The position numbers were made by a program, and so were the translations under genes. A stretch of DNA of 64,000 nucleotides from a virus: positions 32,001 through 96,000 of IMG/VR virus record IMGVR_UViG_3300023179_000033; one strand, 5' to 3'. Below, piece by piece: positions 9,357-18,858 of this stretch; within the stretch, counting starts at the first letter, position 1, and each line of letters begins with the position of its first letter. The notes under the pieces were generated by a model. The model was not told the origin of the DNA. It did not search any database and saw only the letters and a program-made list of their open reading frames with translations.

Positions 9357-10482
9357 AGAAGAAATCGTTCAATCTACTGGCCCAAGTGCATCAGATAGAT
9401 TATTGTCATTTTTAAAAGATAATAAAGAAGACCATTATAATTTTGAAGATGAGATTTATTATAAAGTTTCTACGGGTAGTTTAAATCTAGATATTGCTAC
9501 TAGCGGCGGTCTTTGTCCCGGTTTGCATAGATTTATCGGAATGAATGAAGGCGGCAAAACTTCAGAAGCATTAGAAGTAGCAAAGAACTTTTTGAAAACA
9601 GTAGATAATTCTAGAGCGCTGCTTTTTAAAGCCGAGGGTCGTCTTAGCAAAGAAATCAAAGAAAGATCAGGAATGAAATTTGTTACAGATCCCAAGGATT
9701 GGGTAGACGGAACTTGCTTTGTATTTGAATGCAATATTTTTGAAACAGTTTCTGAATTAATGAAAGATCTAATTCAATCAAATGATGAAAATAAAAGGTA
9801 TATCTTTATTCTTGATTCAGTTGATGGACTTATTACCAAAGGCGATAAAGAGAAAACTTTGAGTGAAGCAACTAAAGTCGCAGGTGGAGCAGTCATCTCT
9901 TCAATGCTTATGAAGAAAATTTCTCTTGCTCTTTCTAAACGCGGTCATATGGCAATTTTTATTAGCCAAGTGCGTTCTGATATTAAACTTGATCCATATG
10001 CAGCAAATAAAGAAGTAAGACAAACAACCGCTACTGGCGGTAATGCATTATTGCATTTTGCTAATTGGATTCTTGAATTTGAACCTCGTTACAATAAAGA
10101 TCTTATTCTTGAAAAACCAAATGAAAAATACGATCCAATTAAAAATAAAATTATTGGACATAATGTAAAAATTGGTATTAAAAAATCAACAAATGAATCA
10201 ACCAATTCTAAAGTTCAATATCCAATTAAATATGGCAGAAAAGAAGGTTCATCTGTTTGGAAAGAATATGAAGTTATAGATCAAATTTTATCTTGGGAAT
10301 TTGCAACAGCAAAAGGCGCATGGGTTACTTTCTCAGATGAAATCATAGAAGAACTTAAAAAATCAAATATTGAACTTAAAAAGCAACATCAAGGGATAGA
10401 TAATCTAAGATTATACCTAGAAGAAAATAAACAAATTACAGATTATTTTTACGATAAATTTATTAAGACGCTTGCATCATGA
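9340..10482 (+). CDS. recA: RecA/UvsX-like recombinase ATPase
   Basis: VSTGSLNLDIATSGG, Walker A GMNEGGKT, Walker B FILDSV, FISQVR, TGGNALLHFA, GAW. Confidence 0.85.
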   Translation: MGRKPKEEIVQSTGPSASDRLLSFLKDNKEDHYNFEDEIYYKVSTGSLNLDIATSGGLCPGLHRFIGMNEGGKTSEALEVAKNFLKTVDNSRALLFKAEGRLSKEIKERSGMKFVTDPKDWVDGTCFVFECNIFETVSELMKDLIQSNDENKRYIFILDSVDGLITKGDKEKTLSEATKVAGGAVISSMLMKKISLALSKRGHMAIFISQVRSDIKLDPYAANKEVRQTTATGGNALLHFANWILEFEPRYNKDLILEKPNEKYDPIKNKIIGHNVKIGIKKSTNESTNSKVQYPIKYGRKEGSSVWKEYEVIDQILSWEFATAKGAWVTFSDEIIEELKKSNIELKKQHQGIDNLRLYLEENKQITDYFYDKFIKTLAS

Positions 10483-10898
10483 GATTGTTAAATATTAACG
10501 GCAAGCTCGTTAATAAAAATGTAAGAAATAATCTAATAAATTGGGAAGGTAAAAGTCGCAGTAAATTACAATTTAAATTTAAGCAATTTTTTCATCCTTA
10601 TTGGAAAAATCATATTGTATATGAAGAATTTCCTGTTTATGGAACAATGCTTAAAGTAGATATATTAAATGCAACAAAAAAGATTGCTGTTGAGATACAA
10701 GGCGATCAACATGAATCATTTAATAAATTTTTTCATGATAACTCTAGATTAAAATATTTAAATAGTATAAAAAGAGATGTAAAAAAAGAAAAATGGCTTG
10801 AATTAAATGGATTTAAATTCTTGGAATTGTATGAAAATGATTTAAAAAATTTGTCACCACAATATATAGAAGAAAAATGCGGAATTCTTATTATTTAA
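10479..10898 (+). CDS. Vsr/DUF559-like endonuclease
   Basis: YEEFPV..KVD...IAVEIQGDQH...RD..K..WL..NG..FLELY pattern. Confidence 0.7.
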   Translation: MRLLNINGKLVNKNVRNNLINWEGKSRSKLQFKFKQFFHPYWKNHIVYEEFPVYGTMLKVDILNATKKIAVEIQGDQHESFNKFFHDNSRLKYLNSIKRDVKKEKWLELNGFKFLELYENDLKNLSPQYIEEKCGILII

Positions 10899-10904
10899 GT
10901 GTAA
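10899..10904 (+). promoter_or_regulatory. GTGTAA putative late-promoter motif
   Basis: Same hexamer as upstream of the virion genes; 9 nt before an in-frame GTG at 10914. Confidence 0.45.
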
Positions 10905-10907
10905 AAA

Positions 10908-11189
10908 ATGGTAGTGACTAATAAGAAAAAATTTAATTTTCCAGAATCTTTGTTAAAGCAAATTGACGAATGCAGTTTTGGCGGATATATTTTATTTAAC
11001 TTTTCAAGTAAAGGTGAACCTCAAGTTTTCACAAAATTTGATAATCAAATAAATGCTATGGCTCTTTTATATTATGTAAATACTTGGAGTCAAAGTATAG
11101 ATCAACTCAATTTAGAAGCTACCACAGATTTAATTGCAAGAAAAAGTTCAGAAGATGACGATTTAGATTCTCCAGAAGAAGAAAATTAA
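10908..11189 (+). CDS. hypothetical protein with an acidic tail (start may be GTG at 10914)
   Basis: 93-aa ORF filling the gap between the nuclease and dnaB. Confidence 0.6.
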   Translation: MVVTNKKKFNFPESLLKQIDECSFGGYILFNFSSKGEPQVFTKFDNQINAMALLYYVNTWSQSIDQLNLEATTDLIARKSSEDDDLDSPEEEN

Positions 11190-11194
11190 AACAC

Positions 11195-11223
11195 TTGACT
11201 TTTAATTTTTACTCTGGTATCAT
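11195..11223 (+). promoter_or_regulatory. sigma70 promoter for dnaB
   Basis: TTGACT(11195)-N17-TATCAT(11218-11223) with TGn extension; ATG at 11234. Confidence 0.7.
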
Positions 11224-11233
11224 GTATTACTGA

Positions 11234-13684
11234 ATGATATATTCACTACAAGTAGAAAGACATGTATTAAGCGGGCTGTTAAAACATCAAGATTTGTTTG
11301 CTGATATTGATGTATTTTTAACCGAGAACGATTTTTATAATGACGTTCATTCGTCAATATATACTGTATTTAAAAATATTAAACATAAAGGCGAAAATGT
11401 AGATAAGATTCTATTAGCTGAAAAGATCAAGAATCTAGGTATATCATTTAAAGATGAAATTAATATTTTTGACTATATTGATAATTTAAGTTTTTCACAG
11501 ATCACAGAAGAAGCTACTTTAAATGCTTGTAAAGAATTAATCAAATTAAGAATCCGTAGAGAAATATCTCAAACAGCAGATAAATTAAAAGAATATGTTA
11601 ATAAAAATTCAGAAGATTCAATTGACGATATCATTGGCAAAATAGATCAGATATATAATAAGAAGATTTCAGCATATTCAGAAAATGATATGCCAGTTAA
11701 TATTTTTTCTGAAGTAGAAGACCTTATTGAAGAAATTGGTAATTCTCCAAAAGAAGATACAGGATTGATTACGCCATATTCTGAATTTAATAGAATGTAT
11801 GGTGGTTTAAAAAATAGTAATATTTATGCAATTGCTAGTAGACCGGGGCAAGGTAAAGCTTTAGAAGAAAATACTATTATTTTAACACCAAATGGATTTT
11901 TAAAAATAAAAGATATAAAAGTTGGAGATTATGTATTTTCTATAGATGGCAAACCTACAAAAGTACTAGGAGTAAGAAAATGGGAAAATAGACAAATTTA
12001 TAAAGTATCTACAGATGATAATCAATATATTTTAGCAGATGAAAATCATGAATGGACAGTTCAACAAAGAAGTGATTATAAATGGAAAACTTTAACAACG
12101 AAATATCTTTTTGAAAATAAGTTTAATAAAAAGCCCAAAATTCCTAATTATAAACCTATTCAATTAACTCAACAAAGATTGTTAATTGATCCATATATAT
12201 TAGGAGCTTGGCTAGGTGACGGCAATAGTAACTCAAGTGTATTAACATCAAATGATGCATTTATAATTAATAAATGGAAAATTTTTGGAAAAAAAATTGG
12301 TTTGAAATGCAAAAAATATTCAAGATATGGATATAGATTATGCTCTAATAATAAAAAGAATATATTTACATCATATATAAAATATTTAAATATATTCAAT
12401 AATAAACATATACCTCAAATATATTTAATGGGATCTATAAAACAAAGAAGAGCTTTACTCCAAGGCTTAATTGATACGGATGGATACGTAGCACCAGATG
12501 GTCAAGTTGAATTTTGTAATACAAATAAAAAACTTGCGGAAGATGTTTTATTCTTAATACATTCTTTGGGTATTAAAGCGTCTATGTATGAATCTGATTC
12601 CTTTTTATATAATAAATTTTGTGGTAAAAAATATAGAATAAGATTTTATTATCAATATGCTGCTAAATTACCAAGAAAACGAAAAAATTGTATTAATAGT
12701 AAAAAATATAATCATAGATATTTATCTATAGAAAAATATGGCGTGGGAAATACTGTATGTTTACAAGTAGATCATCCATCTCATTTATTTTTAGCTGGTA
12801 AAGCTTTAATAACGACTCACAATAGTACATGGTTAAATGATATCTGTTTTAAAACTTCTATCAATCCTAAGAATAAAACCAAAACTTTAATTTTAGATAC
12901 GGAAATGCAAACTGTAGATATCCAATTAAGAATGGTTGCATCGCTAACTGATGTACCAGTATGGTATTTGGAAACAGGAAATTGGCGTAAAAACGAAGAG
13001 ATGACCAAAAAAGTTCGTGCGGCTTGGGCAAAAGTAAAAACATATGAATATTTTCATTATCATGTAGGAAATAAAAATATTGATCAAGTTTGCTCTATCA
13101 TTCGTAGATGGTATCTCTCAAAGGTTGGTCGTGGAAATCAAGCTATGATTGCTTATGACTATATCAAACTAACTGGAGAAAAAGTTGGTCAAAATTGGGC
13201 AGAACATCAAGCTATTGGAGAAAAGATTGATAAACTAAAAAGAATATCAGAAGAAATACATTGTCCAATTATTACTGCAATGCAATTAAATAGAACAGGC
13301 GAAAATTTTAATAGAAATTCTAATAATGTAGTTGATGATAGTTCTGTAATTTCACTCTCCGATAGACTTCAATGGTTTGCGTCATTCGTAGCCATCTTTA
13401 GAAGGAAAACTCTTGATGAAGTTACGCTTGATGGACAAGCATTTGGAACGCACAAATTAATTCCAACAAAAACAAGATTCCAAGGTAAAGATGCGGCTGG
13501 ACACCAAGATCTAGTTAGAAGATTAGATTCTGCGGGAAAAGAAGTATGGGCGCAAAACTATTTAAATTATCAAGTTACAAATTTTAATATTGAAGAGCGT
13601 GGTTCACTCAGAGATGTTGCAGAAAGACAAAGAGAGCAATATGAACTCACCGATCAAAATAGAAATGATGGAGAATTGCTATGA
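11234..13684 (+). CDS. dnaB: replicative DnaB helicase with intein (about 494 aa after splicing)
   Basis: N-terminal ERHVLSGLL/DFY domain, Walker A SRPGQGK|ST interrupted by the intein, DTEM, YDYI, MQLNR, KTR. Confidence 0.92.
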   Translation: MIYSLQVERHVLSGLLKHQDLFADIDVFLTENDFYNDVHSSIYTVFKNIKHKGENVDKILLAEKIKNLGISFKDEINIFDYIDNLSFSQITEEATLNACKELIKLRIRREISQTADKLKEYVNKNSEDSIDDIIGKIDQIYNKKISAYSENDMPVNIFSEVEDLIEEIGNSPKEDTGLITPYSEFNRMYGGLKNSNIYAIASRPGQGKALEENTIILTPNGFLKIKDIKVGDYVFSIDGKPTKVLGVRKWENRQIYKVSTDDNQYILADENHEWTVQQRSDYKWKTLTTKYLFENKFNKKPKIPNYKPIQLTQQRLLIDPYILGAWLGDGNSNSSVLTSNDAFIINKWKIFGKKIGLKCKKYSRYGYRLCSNNKKNIFTSYIKYLNIFNNKHIPQIYLMGSIKQRRALLQGLIDTDGYVAPDGQVEFCNTNKKLAEDVLFLIHSLGIKASMYESDSFLYNKFCGKKYRIRFYYQYAAKLPRKRKNCINSKKYNHRYLSIEKYGVGNTVCLQVDHPSHLFLAGKALITTHNSTWLNDICFKTSINPKNKTKTLILDTEMQTVDIQLRMVASLTDVPVWYLETGNWRKNEEMTKKVRAAWAKVKTYEYFHYHVGNKNIDQVCSIIRRWYLSKVGRGNQAMIAYDYIKLTGEKVGQNWAEHQAIGEKIDKLKRISEEIHCPIITAMQLNRTGENFNRNSNNVVDDSSVISLSDRLQWFASFVAIFRRKTLDEVTLDGQAFGTHKLIPTKTRFQGKDAAGHQDLVRRLDSAGKEVWAQNYLNYQVTNFNIEERGSLRDVAERQREQYELTDQNRNDGELL
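11858..12823 (+). mobile_element. class 3 (Ala1, WCT) intein with LAGLIDADG homing endonuclease, 322 aa
   Basis: Starts ALEENTIILTPNG; block B ADENHEW, block F TVCLQVD, block G ITTHN|S; LGAWLGDG and LQGLIDTDG. Confidence 0.9.
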
Positions 13685-15360
13685 ATGTAGAATTAATCTC
13701 AATTACAAAACCAGAAATTAAAGGAATTAAAAATGCAGAAGATCTTGTAGCATTTTGCGCTAGAGTTAGCAATCCATCTAATCAGATGAATACAGAGACT
13801 GCGCCAAAACTTTTAAAGTTTTTAATAAAACATAAGCATTGGAGTCCATTTGAACTAGTAGATATGTGCGTTGAAATTAAGACTAGTCGTGGTATTGCTG
13901 CGCAGATTCTTAGGCATAGATCATTTAGTTTTCAAGAATTTTGTATATCTGGCGATTCATTGATAACATGTATTATTCCTTCTAATAAATTACCTAATTA
14001 TATTCCTATTGAAAAATTATTTAAAAGACAAAAATGGAAAAATTATAAAAATATATTAGTTAGAGTTTATGATGAAAATAGAAAAGAATTTACGACATCA
14101 AAAATAAAAGAAGTTTTTTATACTGGTAAAAAACCTGTATATAAAATTACTTTATCAGATGGTAAAGAAATAAAATGCACAAAAGAACATAAATTTTATA
14201 CAGATTCTGGATTTAGGAGTTTAGAAGATATAATCGGTTTAGATACTAAACATCATGCTATGACAAAACAAGGATATATTGCTGTTAATGGTATTCCTTG
14301 TTATCAAAATTACGAATGGATGCGTCAATCAAAACAAGAAGCCCTAATTAATAAATTAGGTTTAAAATATATATCACAGAAAGCAAATTGTTCTTATCAT
14401 ACTATAAGAAAATGGCTAACTAAACATAAATTAAATTTTACTAAAAAAGAAGTGGCAATATGTTTTCCTATTTGGAATAAAGATAAATTTGGATATAAAA
14501 CTAATTTAATTGTTTCTGAAAAACATAAAGAAGCTATAAGAAAAGCTAGAAGTAAAGAAAAATGTAATTTTTGGAAAGGTGGATGTGATAGATCAGAACG
14601 ATTAAAAATTGCAGATTGGTGTCAAAAAATAAGAAAACAAAAATTACAAGAATTTAATTATAAATGTAATATTTGTGAATCAAACTCAAAACTAGAGCTT
14701 GACCATATAATACCGGTATATAAAGACAAAACAAAAGCATATAATTATGATAATATTCAAGTTTTATGCTCTAATTGTCATGATAAAAAACATAATATTA
14801 ATGGCGATCCAAAAGAATACAGGCTTCTTAGCGGGGGAAATACTTTATCAATTAAATATGTTTTAATTGAAAAGATAGAATATTTAGGAAAAGAAGACAC
14901 GTATGACATGGAGGTATATCATAATAGCCATAATTATATAGCTAATAAAATTTTAGCACATAACTCTCAAAGATATAGTATTGCAAATGAGTTTGAAGAT
15001 ATTGAACTTCGTTTGCAGGGAGATAAAAACAGACAGGTTGGCGAAAAGTTAATGCCAATAGGTACAGATGCTTACGATAAAGTAAATGAATTACTAGTAG
15101 AATCATTATCTTTGTCACAGCATTGTTATGAAACGATGATAGAGAATGGTGTTGCAAAAGAAGTCGCCAGAATGATATTACCATTAACAACACAAACAAC
15201 TATGTATATGAAAGGTTCATTAAGAAGCTGGATTCATTATATCGAATTAAGAACCGAACAAAATACTCAAAAAGAACATAGAGAAATCGCGGAAAGATGT
15301 AAAAAAATATTTATTAAGGAATTTCCTACAATAAGTGAGGCTTTAGAATGGAACAAGTAA
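13681..15360 (+). CDS. thyX: flavin-dependent thymidylate synthase with intein (about 218 aa after splicing)
   Basis: ARVS, HWSPFE, RHRSFSFQEF|SQRY (RHRx7S motif split by the intein), EVARMILP, LR....TQKEHR. Confidence 0.92.
   Translation: MNVELISITKPEIKGIKNAEDLVAFCARVSNPSNQMNTETAPKLLKFLIKHKHWSPFELVDMCVEIKTSRGIAAQILRHRSFSFQEFCISGDSLITCIIPSNKLPNYIPIEKLFKRQKWKNYKNILVRVYDENRKEFTTSKIKEVFYTGKKPVYKITLSDGKEIKCTKEHKFYTDSGFRSLEDIIGLDTKHHAMTKQGYIAVNGIPCYQNYEWMRQSKQEALINKLGLKYISQKANCSYHTIRKWLTKHKLNFTKKEVAICFPIWNKDKFGYKTNLIVSEKHKEAIRKARSKEKCNFWKGGCDRSERLKIADWCQKIRKQKLQEFNYKCNICESNSKLELDHIIPVYKDKTKAYNYDNIQVLCSNCHDKKHNINGDPKEYRLLSGGNTLSIKYVLIEKIEYLGKEDTYDMEVYHNSHNYIANKILAHNSQRYSIANEFEDIELRLQGDKNRQVGEKLMPIGTDAYDKVNELLVESLSLSQHCYETMIENGVAKEVARMILPLTTQTTMYMKGSLRSWIHYIELRTEQNTQKEHREIAERCKKIFIKEFPTISEALEWNK
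13942..14964 (+). mobile_element. intein with HNH endonuclease, 341 aa
   Basis: CISGDSLI start, CTKEHKF block B, TYDMEV..HNYIANKILAHN|S end; internal CNIC..LELDHIIP..DNIQVLCSNCHDKKH. Confidence 0.9.
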
Positions 15361-16253
15361 ATGTTTATCAAATCCTAACGGACTTAGGATATAAATTAAA
15401 AGATTATGGTAAAGAATATAGAACTAAACCCTTATACAGGGAAAGTGATAATGATACTGTATTAAAAATATATAAAGACTCAGGACATTGGTTTGATTTT
15501 AAAGAAAATATTAGTGGAGATTTTAATTCTTTGGTTAGCATGACTCTTAAACTAGAGAATCCAGAGAAAGCAAAAGAATGGCTTAAAGATAAAAATTTCT
15601 CATTTAATCGTGCTTTTGAACCAACAAAACCATTATTAAAATCTACAAAGAAATTTGATATTGATCTTTTAAACAATTTAGATCAAGACAATAAATATTG
15701 GAATAAAAGAGGAGTAGATAATCAAACCTTATTAGATTTTAAAGGTGGGGTTGCAAAAGCAGGAAAGATGAAGAATAGATATGTTTTCCCAATATTTGAT
15801 ACTAAAAAGAATATTATAGGATTTTCTGGCAGAGATATTACTGCAATTTCTAAAATAAAATGGAAGCATTTAGGAGAAAAGAATGATTTTCTTTATCCAT
15901 TATTTTTAAACTCAAATGAAATAGAAAAGCAGAAAGAGATAATACTTGTTGAAAGTATTGGCGATATGTTAAGTTTATATCAAGCTGGAATTAGAAATGT
16001 TTTAGTTACATTTGGTACAAATCTTAGTTTATCAATTTTAAATTATTGTTTAAAAACTGATATGAAAAAAATCTATATAAGTTTAAATAATGATTCTAAT
16101 AAAAATAATGCAGGTAATATTGCAGCAGAAAAAACTTACGCCAGACTTAAAAGATATTTTGACGATAAGCAACTAAAAATATCTCTACCAACAAAAAAAG
16201 ATTTTGGTGAAATGACTAAAGAAGAAATTTTACAATGGAAAGCAAATCTTTAA
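15348..16253 (+). CDS. dnaG: DnaG-type primase (degenerate zinc-binding domain plus TOPRIM)
   Basis: NRYVFPI..IIGFSGR, KWKH, ILVESIGDML, NVLVTFGT, SLNND, KDFGE. Confidence 0.85.
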   Translation: MEQVNVYQILTDLGYKLKDYGKEYRTKPLYRESDNDTVLKIYKDSGHWFDFKENISGDFNSLVSMTLKLENPEKAKEWLKDKNFSFNRAFEPTKPLLKSTKKFDIDLLNNLDQDNKYWNKRGVDNQTLLDFKGGVAKAGKMKNRYVFPIFDTKKNIIGFSGRDITAISKIKWKHLGEKNDFLYPLFLNSNEIEKQKEIILVESIGDMLSLYQAGIRNVLVTFGTNLSLSILNYCLKTDMKKIYISLNNDSNKNNAGNIAAEKTYARLKRYFDDKQLKISLPTKKDFGEMTKEEILQWKANL

Positions 16254-17224
16254 AAGTATTATCTGCTTCTAGAATTAAAACTCTTGAGACTTGCTCTTGG
16301 GTTTATTGGAATAACTATCATACTAAAGTTCCTCAAACTCAAAATGATGGCGCGGCTAGAGGTGTTATTTGCCATACTATTTTTGAACTTCTCTTAAATC
16401 CAAAACACAAATCGCATTATACTAAAATCATAAAAAAGAATTCTATTAAAGGTAGTAAAGCAATTACAAAATTAGTCAAAAAATTAAAAGCTAAAGTTGG
16501 ACTAGATGAGTCGAACTTTGATATTTTAGATCAGATGATTATGGTTGGTCTAAAACATGACTTTTTTGGTGAGAAAGATGGTGAGATTGTTTCTCCAGAA
16601 TATGCCTTTGAAATTAAGAATGATAACCCTAAATATCATATTAAGGGCTTTATTGATAAGCCTATTAAATCAAAAAACAAAATGGTTATAATTGACTATA
16701 AAAGCTCCAAGGCTAAATTTAGGGGAGATGACCTTGAAGCTAATATTCAAGCTATGATGTATAGTTTAGCTAGTAAAAAATTATGGCCTAAACTTAAACC
16801 TATTGTGCGCTTCTTATTCTTAAGATTTCCAAAACAACCTATACAAGAACTTGAGTTCACCGAAGATCAAATCAAAGGATTTGAATACTATCTAGAACAT
16901 ATAAATGACTATATCAATAAATTTGATGAAAATGCGGCCAAAGCTAATTTTGCTATAGATAATGATAAGAGTAAATGGATGTGCGGAGTAGGTAACTGGA
17001 GATGTCCATACAGAGATTCCTATGAATATTATGTAAAATTAAATGATAAAGGTGATATTATTGAGACTAGTCTAGATGGTAAATTTAAAGATATTAAAGG
17101 ATTTGAAATTCAAAAAAGAAAATATATGGGTTGCCCAAAGTTCAATAATATAACAAAAGATGAATTTTTAGATAAAAAACAAGACGAATTTTTAGATAAA
17201 AAACAAGACGAATTTTTAGATTGA
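16235..17224 (+). CDS. PD-(D/E)xK exonuclease (RecB/AddB/Cas4-like)
   Basis: LSASRI..LETC, G..CH..FE, KGFID, IIDYKS, QAMMY, C-terminal Cys residues (MCG..WRCPY). Confidence 0.85.
   Translation: MESKSLKVLSASRIKTLETCSWVYWNNYHTKVPQTQNDGAARGVICHTIFELLLNPKHKSHYTKIIKKNSIKGSKAITKLVKKLKAKVGLDESNFDILDQMIMVGLKHDFFGEKDGEIVSPEYAFEIKNDNPKYHIKGFIDKPIKSKNKMVIIDYKSSKAKFRGDDLEANIQAMMYSLASKKLWPKLKPIVRFLFLRFPKQPIQELEFTEDQIKGFEYYLEHINDYINKFDENAAKANFAIDNDKSKWMCGVGNWRCPYRDSYEYYVKLNDKGDIIETSLDGKFKDIKGFEIQKRKYMGCPKFNNITKDEFLDKKQDEFLDKKQDEFLD
17157..17221 (+). repeat. 24-bp tandem repeat, about 2.7 copies, encoding DEFLDKKQ
   Basis: aaga(t/c)gaatttttagataaaaaac at 17157 and 17181, partial copy at 17205. Confidence 0.9.
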
Positions 17225-17249
17225 TTACATATAAAACTTCAGCTATACT
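17221..17249 (+). promoter_or_regulatory. sigma70 promoter, near-leaderless
   Basis: TTGATT(17221)-N17-TATACT(17244-17249); ATG at 17257. Confidence 0.7.
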
Positions 17250-17256
17250 AAATAAA

Positions 17257-18003
17257 ATGATACCATTGTTTAAGTCGCACTATTCTTTGGGCAGATCAAT
17301 CTTAACTATTGAAAATAAAGATGCAGCAGACGATTATCCAGATTCAATTATTCAAATAGCAAAAGAGAATAATCTTAAAGAAATTTATCTTGTAGAAGAT
17401 AATATGTCTTCTTTTCTAGAAGCATATACTAATACTAAATTAAATAATATCAAATTAAATTATGGATTAAGAGTATCAATTACAGAATCTATTAATGATA
17501 AAACTGAAGAATCTAGACAAAAGAACTCTAAAATTATTATATTCTTTAAAAACAAAAAAGGCCACGAACTTTTAACAAAATTATTCAGTATTGCCGCAAA
17601 AACAGGATTCTATTATGAGCCAAGATTAGACTATGATACTTTAAGTAAAAACTGGAGTGATGATCTAATATTAGCAATACCATTCTATGATTCATTTATA
17701 TTTAATAATACTTTAAGAAATTCAATCTGTATACCTCAATTTAATTTCACAAAACCAGTTATATTTATTGAAGATAATGATTTACCATTTGATTTAATTA
17801 TCAAAGATAAAATGCAAAAATATGCAAAAGAAAATGAACTTGAGGTTTACAAAGTTAAAAGTATCTATTATAATAAAAGAAAAGATTTTAAAACATACTT
17901 AACATTCAGATGCATTAATAATAGAAGTATTTTAAATAAACCAGAACTAGAACATATGTCCAGTAATGAATTTTCTTTTGAGAGTTATTTAGGAGCAAAA
18001 TAA
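17257..18003 (+). CDS. stand-alone PHP domain of DNA polymerase III alpha
   Basis: PLFKSHYSLGRS resembles the DnaE LHVHSxYS start; GFYYEPRLD resembles GFYY.PRID; start moved to ATG 17257 because the TTG at 17221 is the promoter -35 box. Confidence 0.8.
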   Translation: MIPLFKSHYSLGRSILTIENKDAADDYPDSIIQIAKENNLKEIYLVEDNMSSFLEAYTNTKLNNIKLNYGLRVSITESINDKTEESRQKNSKIIIFFKNKKGHELLTKLFSIAAKTGFYYEPRLDYDTLSKNWSDDLILAIPFYDSFIFNNTLRNSICIPQFNFTKPVIFIEDNDLPFDLIIKDKMQKYAKENELEVYKVKSIYYNKRKDFKTYLTFRCINNRSILNKPELEHMSSNEFSFESYLGAK

Positions 18004-18641
18004 TGGACGAGCATCTCTTAAGATACGACAAAAAGAAAACGCTAGTTTTTATAGATTGTGAGACATTCAATCTTTGTTTAAATTTTTGCCACAATCTTCC
18101 TTGGCAAATTGCAATGATCAAAGTGCAAGGTGATAAAAAAATTGATGAAAAAAACTTTTATATTAAATGGCAAACAGAATTAAAGATAAGTCAAGACGCT
18201 GCGAGAATTACTAGATATGATCATAAGAAAGTGCAAAAAGAAGGCCAAGATCCTAAAGAATTATTTCCAACAATTAAAGATTGGCTAGATCATGCAGATT
18301 ATATTATCGGCCATAATACTTTAGGTTTTGATATTTACTTAATAAAAGAATATTATAAATATATGGGTTGCAATTGGCATCATTTAGTAAATAAATTTAT
18401 TGATACAAATGCTATTGCTCGTGGAATTAAATATGGAACACAATATAATCCAAAAGAAAGTCTAATTGAATATCAATATAAAATATATCATACAAGAAAG
18501 AAAAATGTAAAAAGTTCATTAACTGCACTAGGTAAAGAAAATGGAATTGAACATGATTATGATAAACTGCACGATGCAATTAATGATCTTGACTTAAATT
18601 TAAAAGTATGGAATAAATTGAAATGGCAAGTAGAGGTATAA
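18003..18641 (+). CDS. dnaQ: DEDDh 3'-5' exonuclease (DnaQ/epsilon-like)
   Basis: ExoI FIDCET, ExoII IGHNTLGFD, ExoIII LHDAINDL. Confidence 0.85.
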   Translation: MDEHLLRYDKKKTLVFIDCETFNLCLNFCHNLPWQIAMIKVQGDKKIDEKNFYIKWQTELKISQDAARITRYDHKKVQKEGQDPKELFPTIKDWLDHADYIIGHNTLGFDIYLIKEYYKYMGCNWHHLVNKFIDTNAIARGIKYGTQYNPKESLIEYQYKIYHTRKKNVKSSLTALGKENGIEHDYDKLHDAINDLDLNLKVWNKLKWQVEV

Positions 18642-18642
18642 T

Positions 18643-18858
18643 ATGGCATCATTAGATGATATTTATGATATGGTTCAAAAATTAGATGATTCTAATATAG
18701 AATATCTTTTAATTACAATACAAAAAGGTAAAAAGACTGGAAAAGCAGATGTGTTTTATTGCTTAAAAGATAAAAACTCAATGAGGATATTAACTCATGG
18801 ATTAAATCAATTTAGTAAAGAGATAGATAGGTTAGAAGATGAAGGAAAATTTGAATAA
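18643..18858 (+). CDS. small hypothetical protein within the split polymerase locus
   Basis: 71-aa ORF tightly packed between dnaQ and the dnaE core. Confidence 0.6.
   Translation: MASLDDIYDMVQKLDDSNIEYLLITIQKGKKTGKADVFYCLKDKNSMRILTHGLNQFSKEIDRLEDEGKFE

Noticed and set aside
16235-17224. Cas4 / CRISPR system
   Set aside because: No repeat-spacer array or other cas genes are present. The nearby 24-bp repeat has no spacers and is coding. This is a typical stand-alone phage exonuclease.
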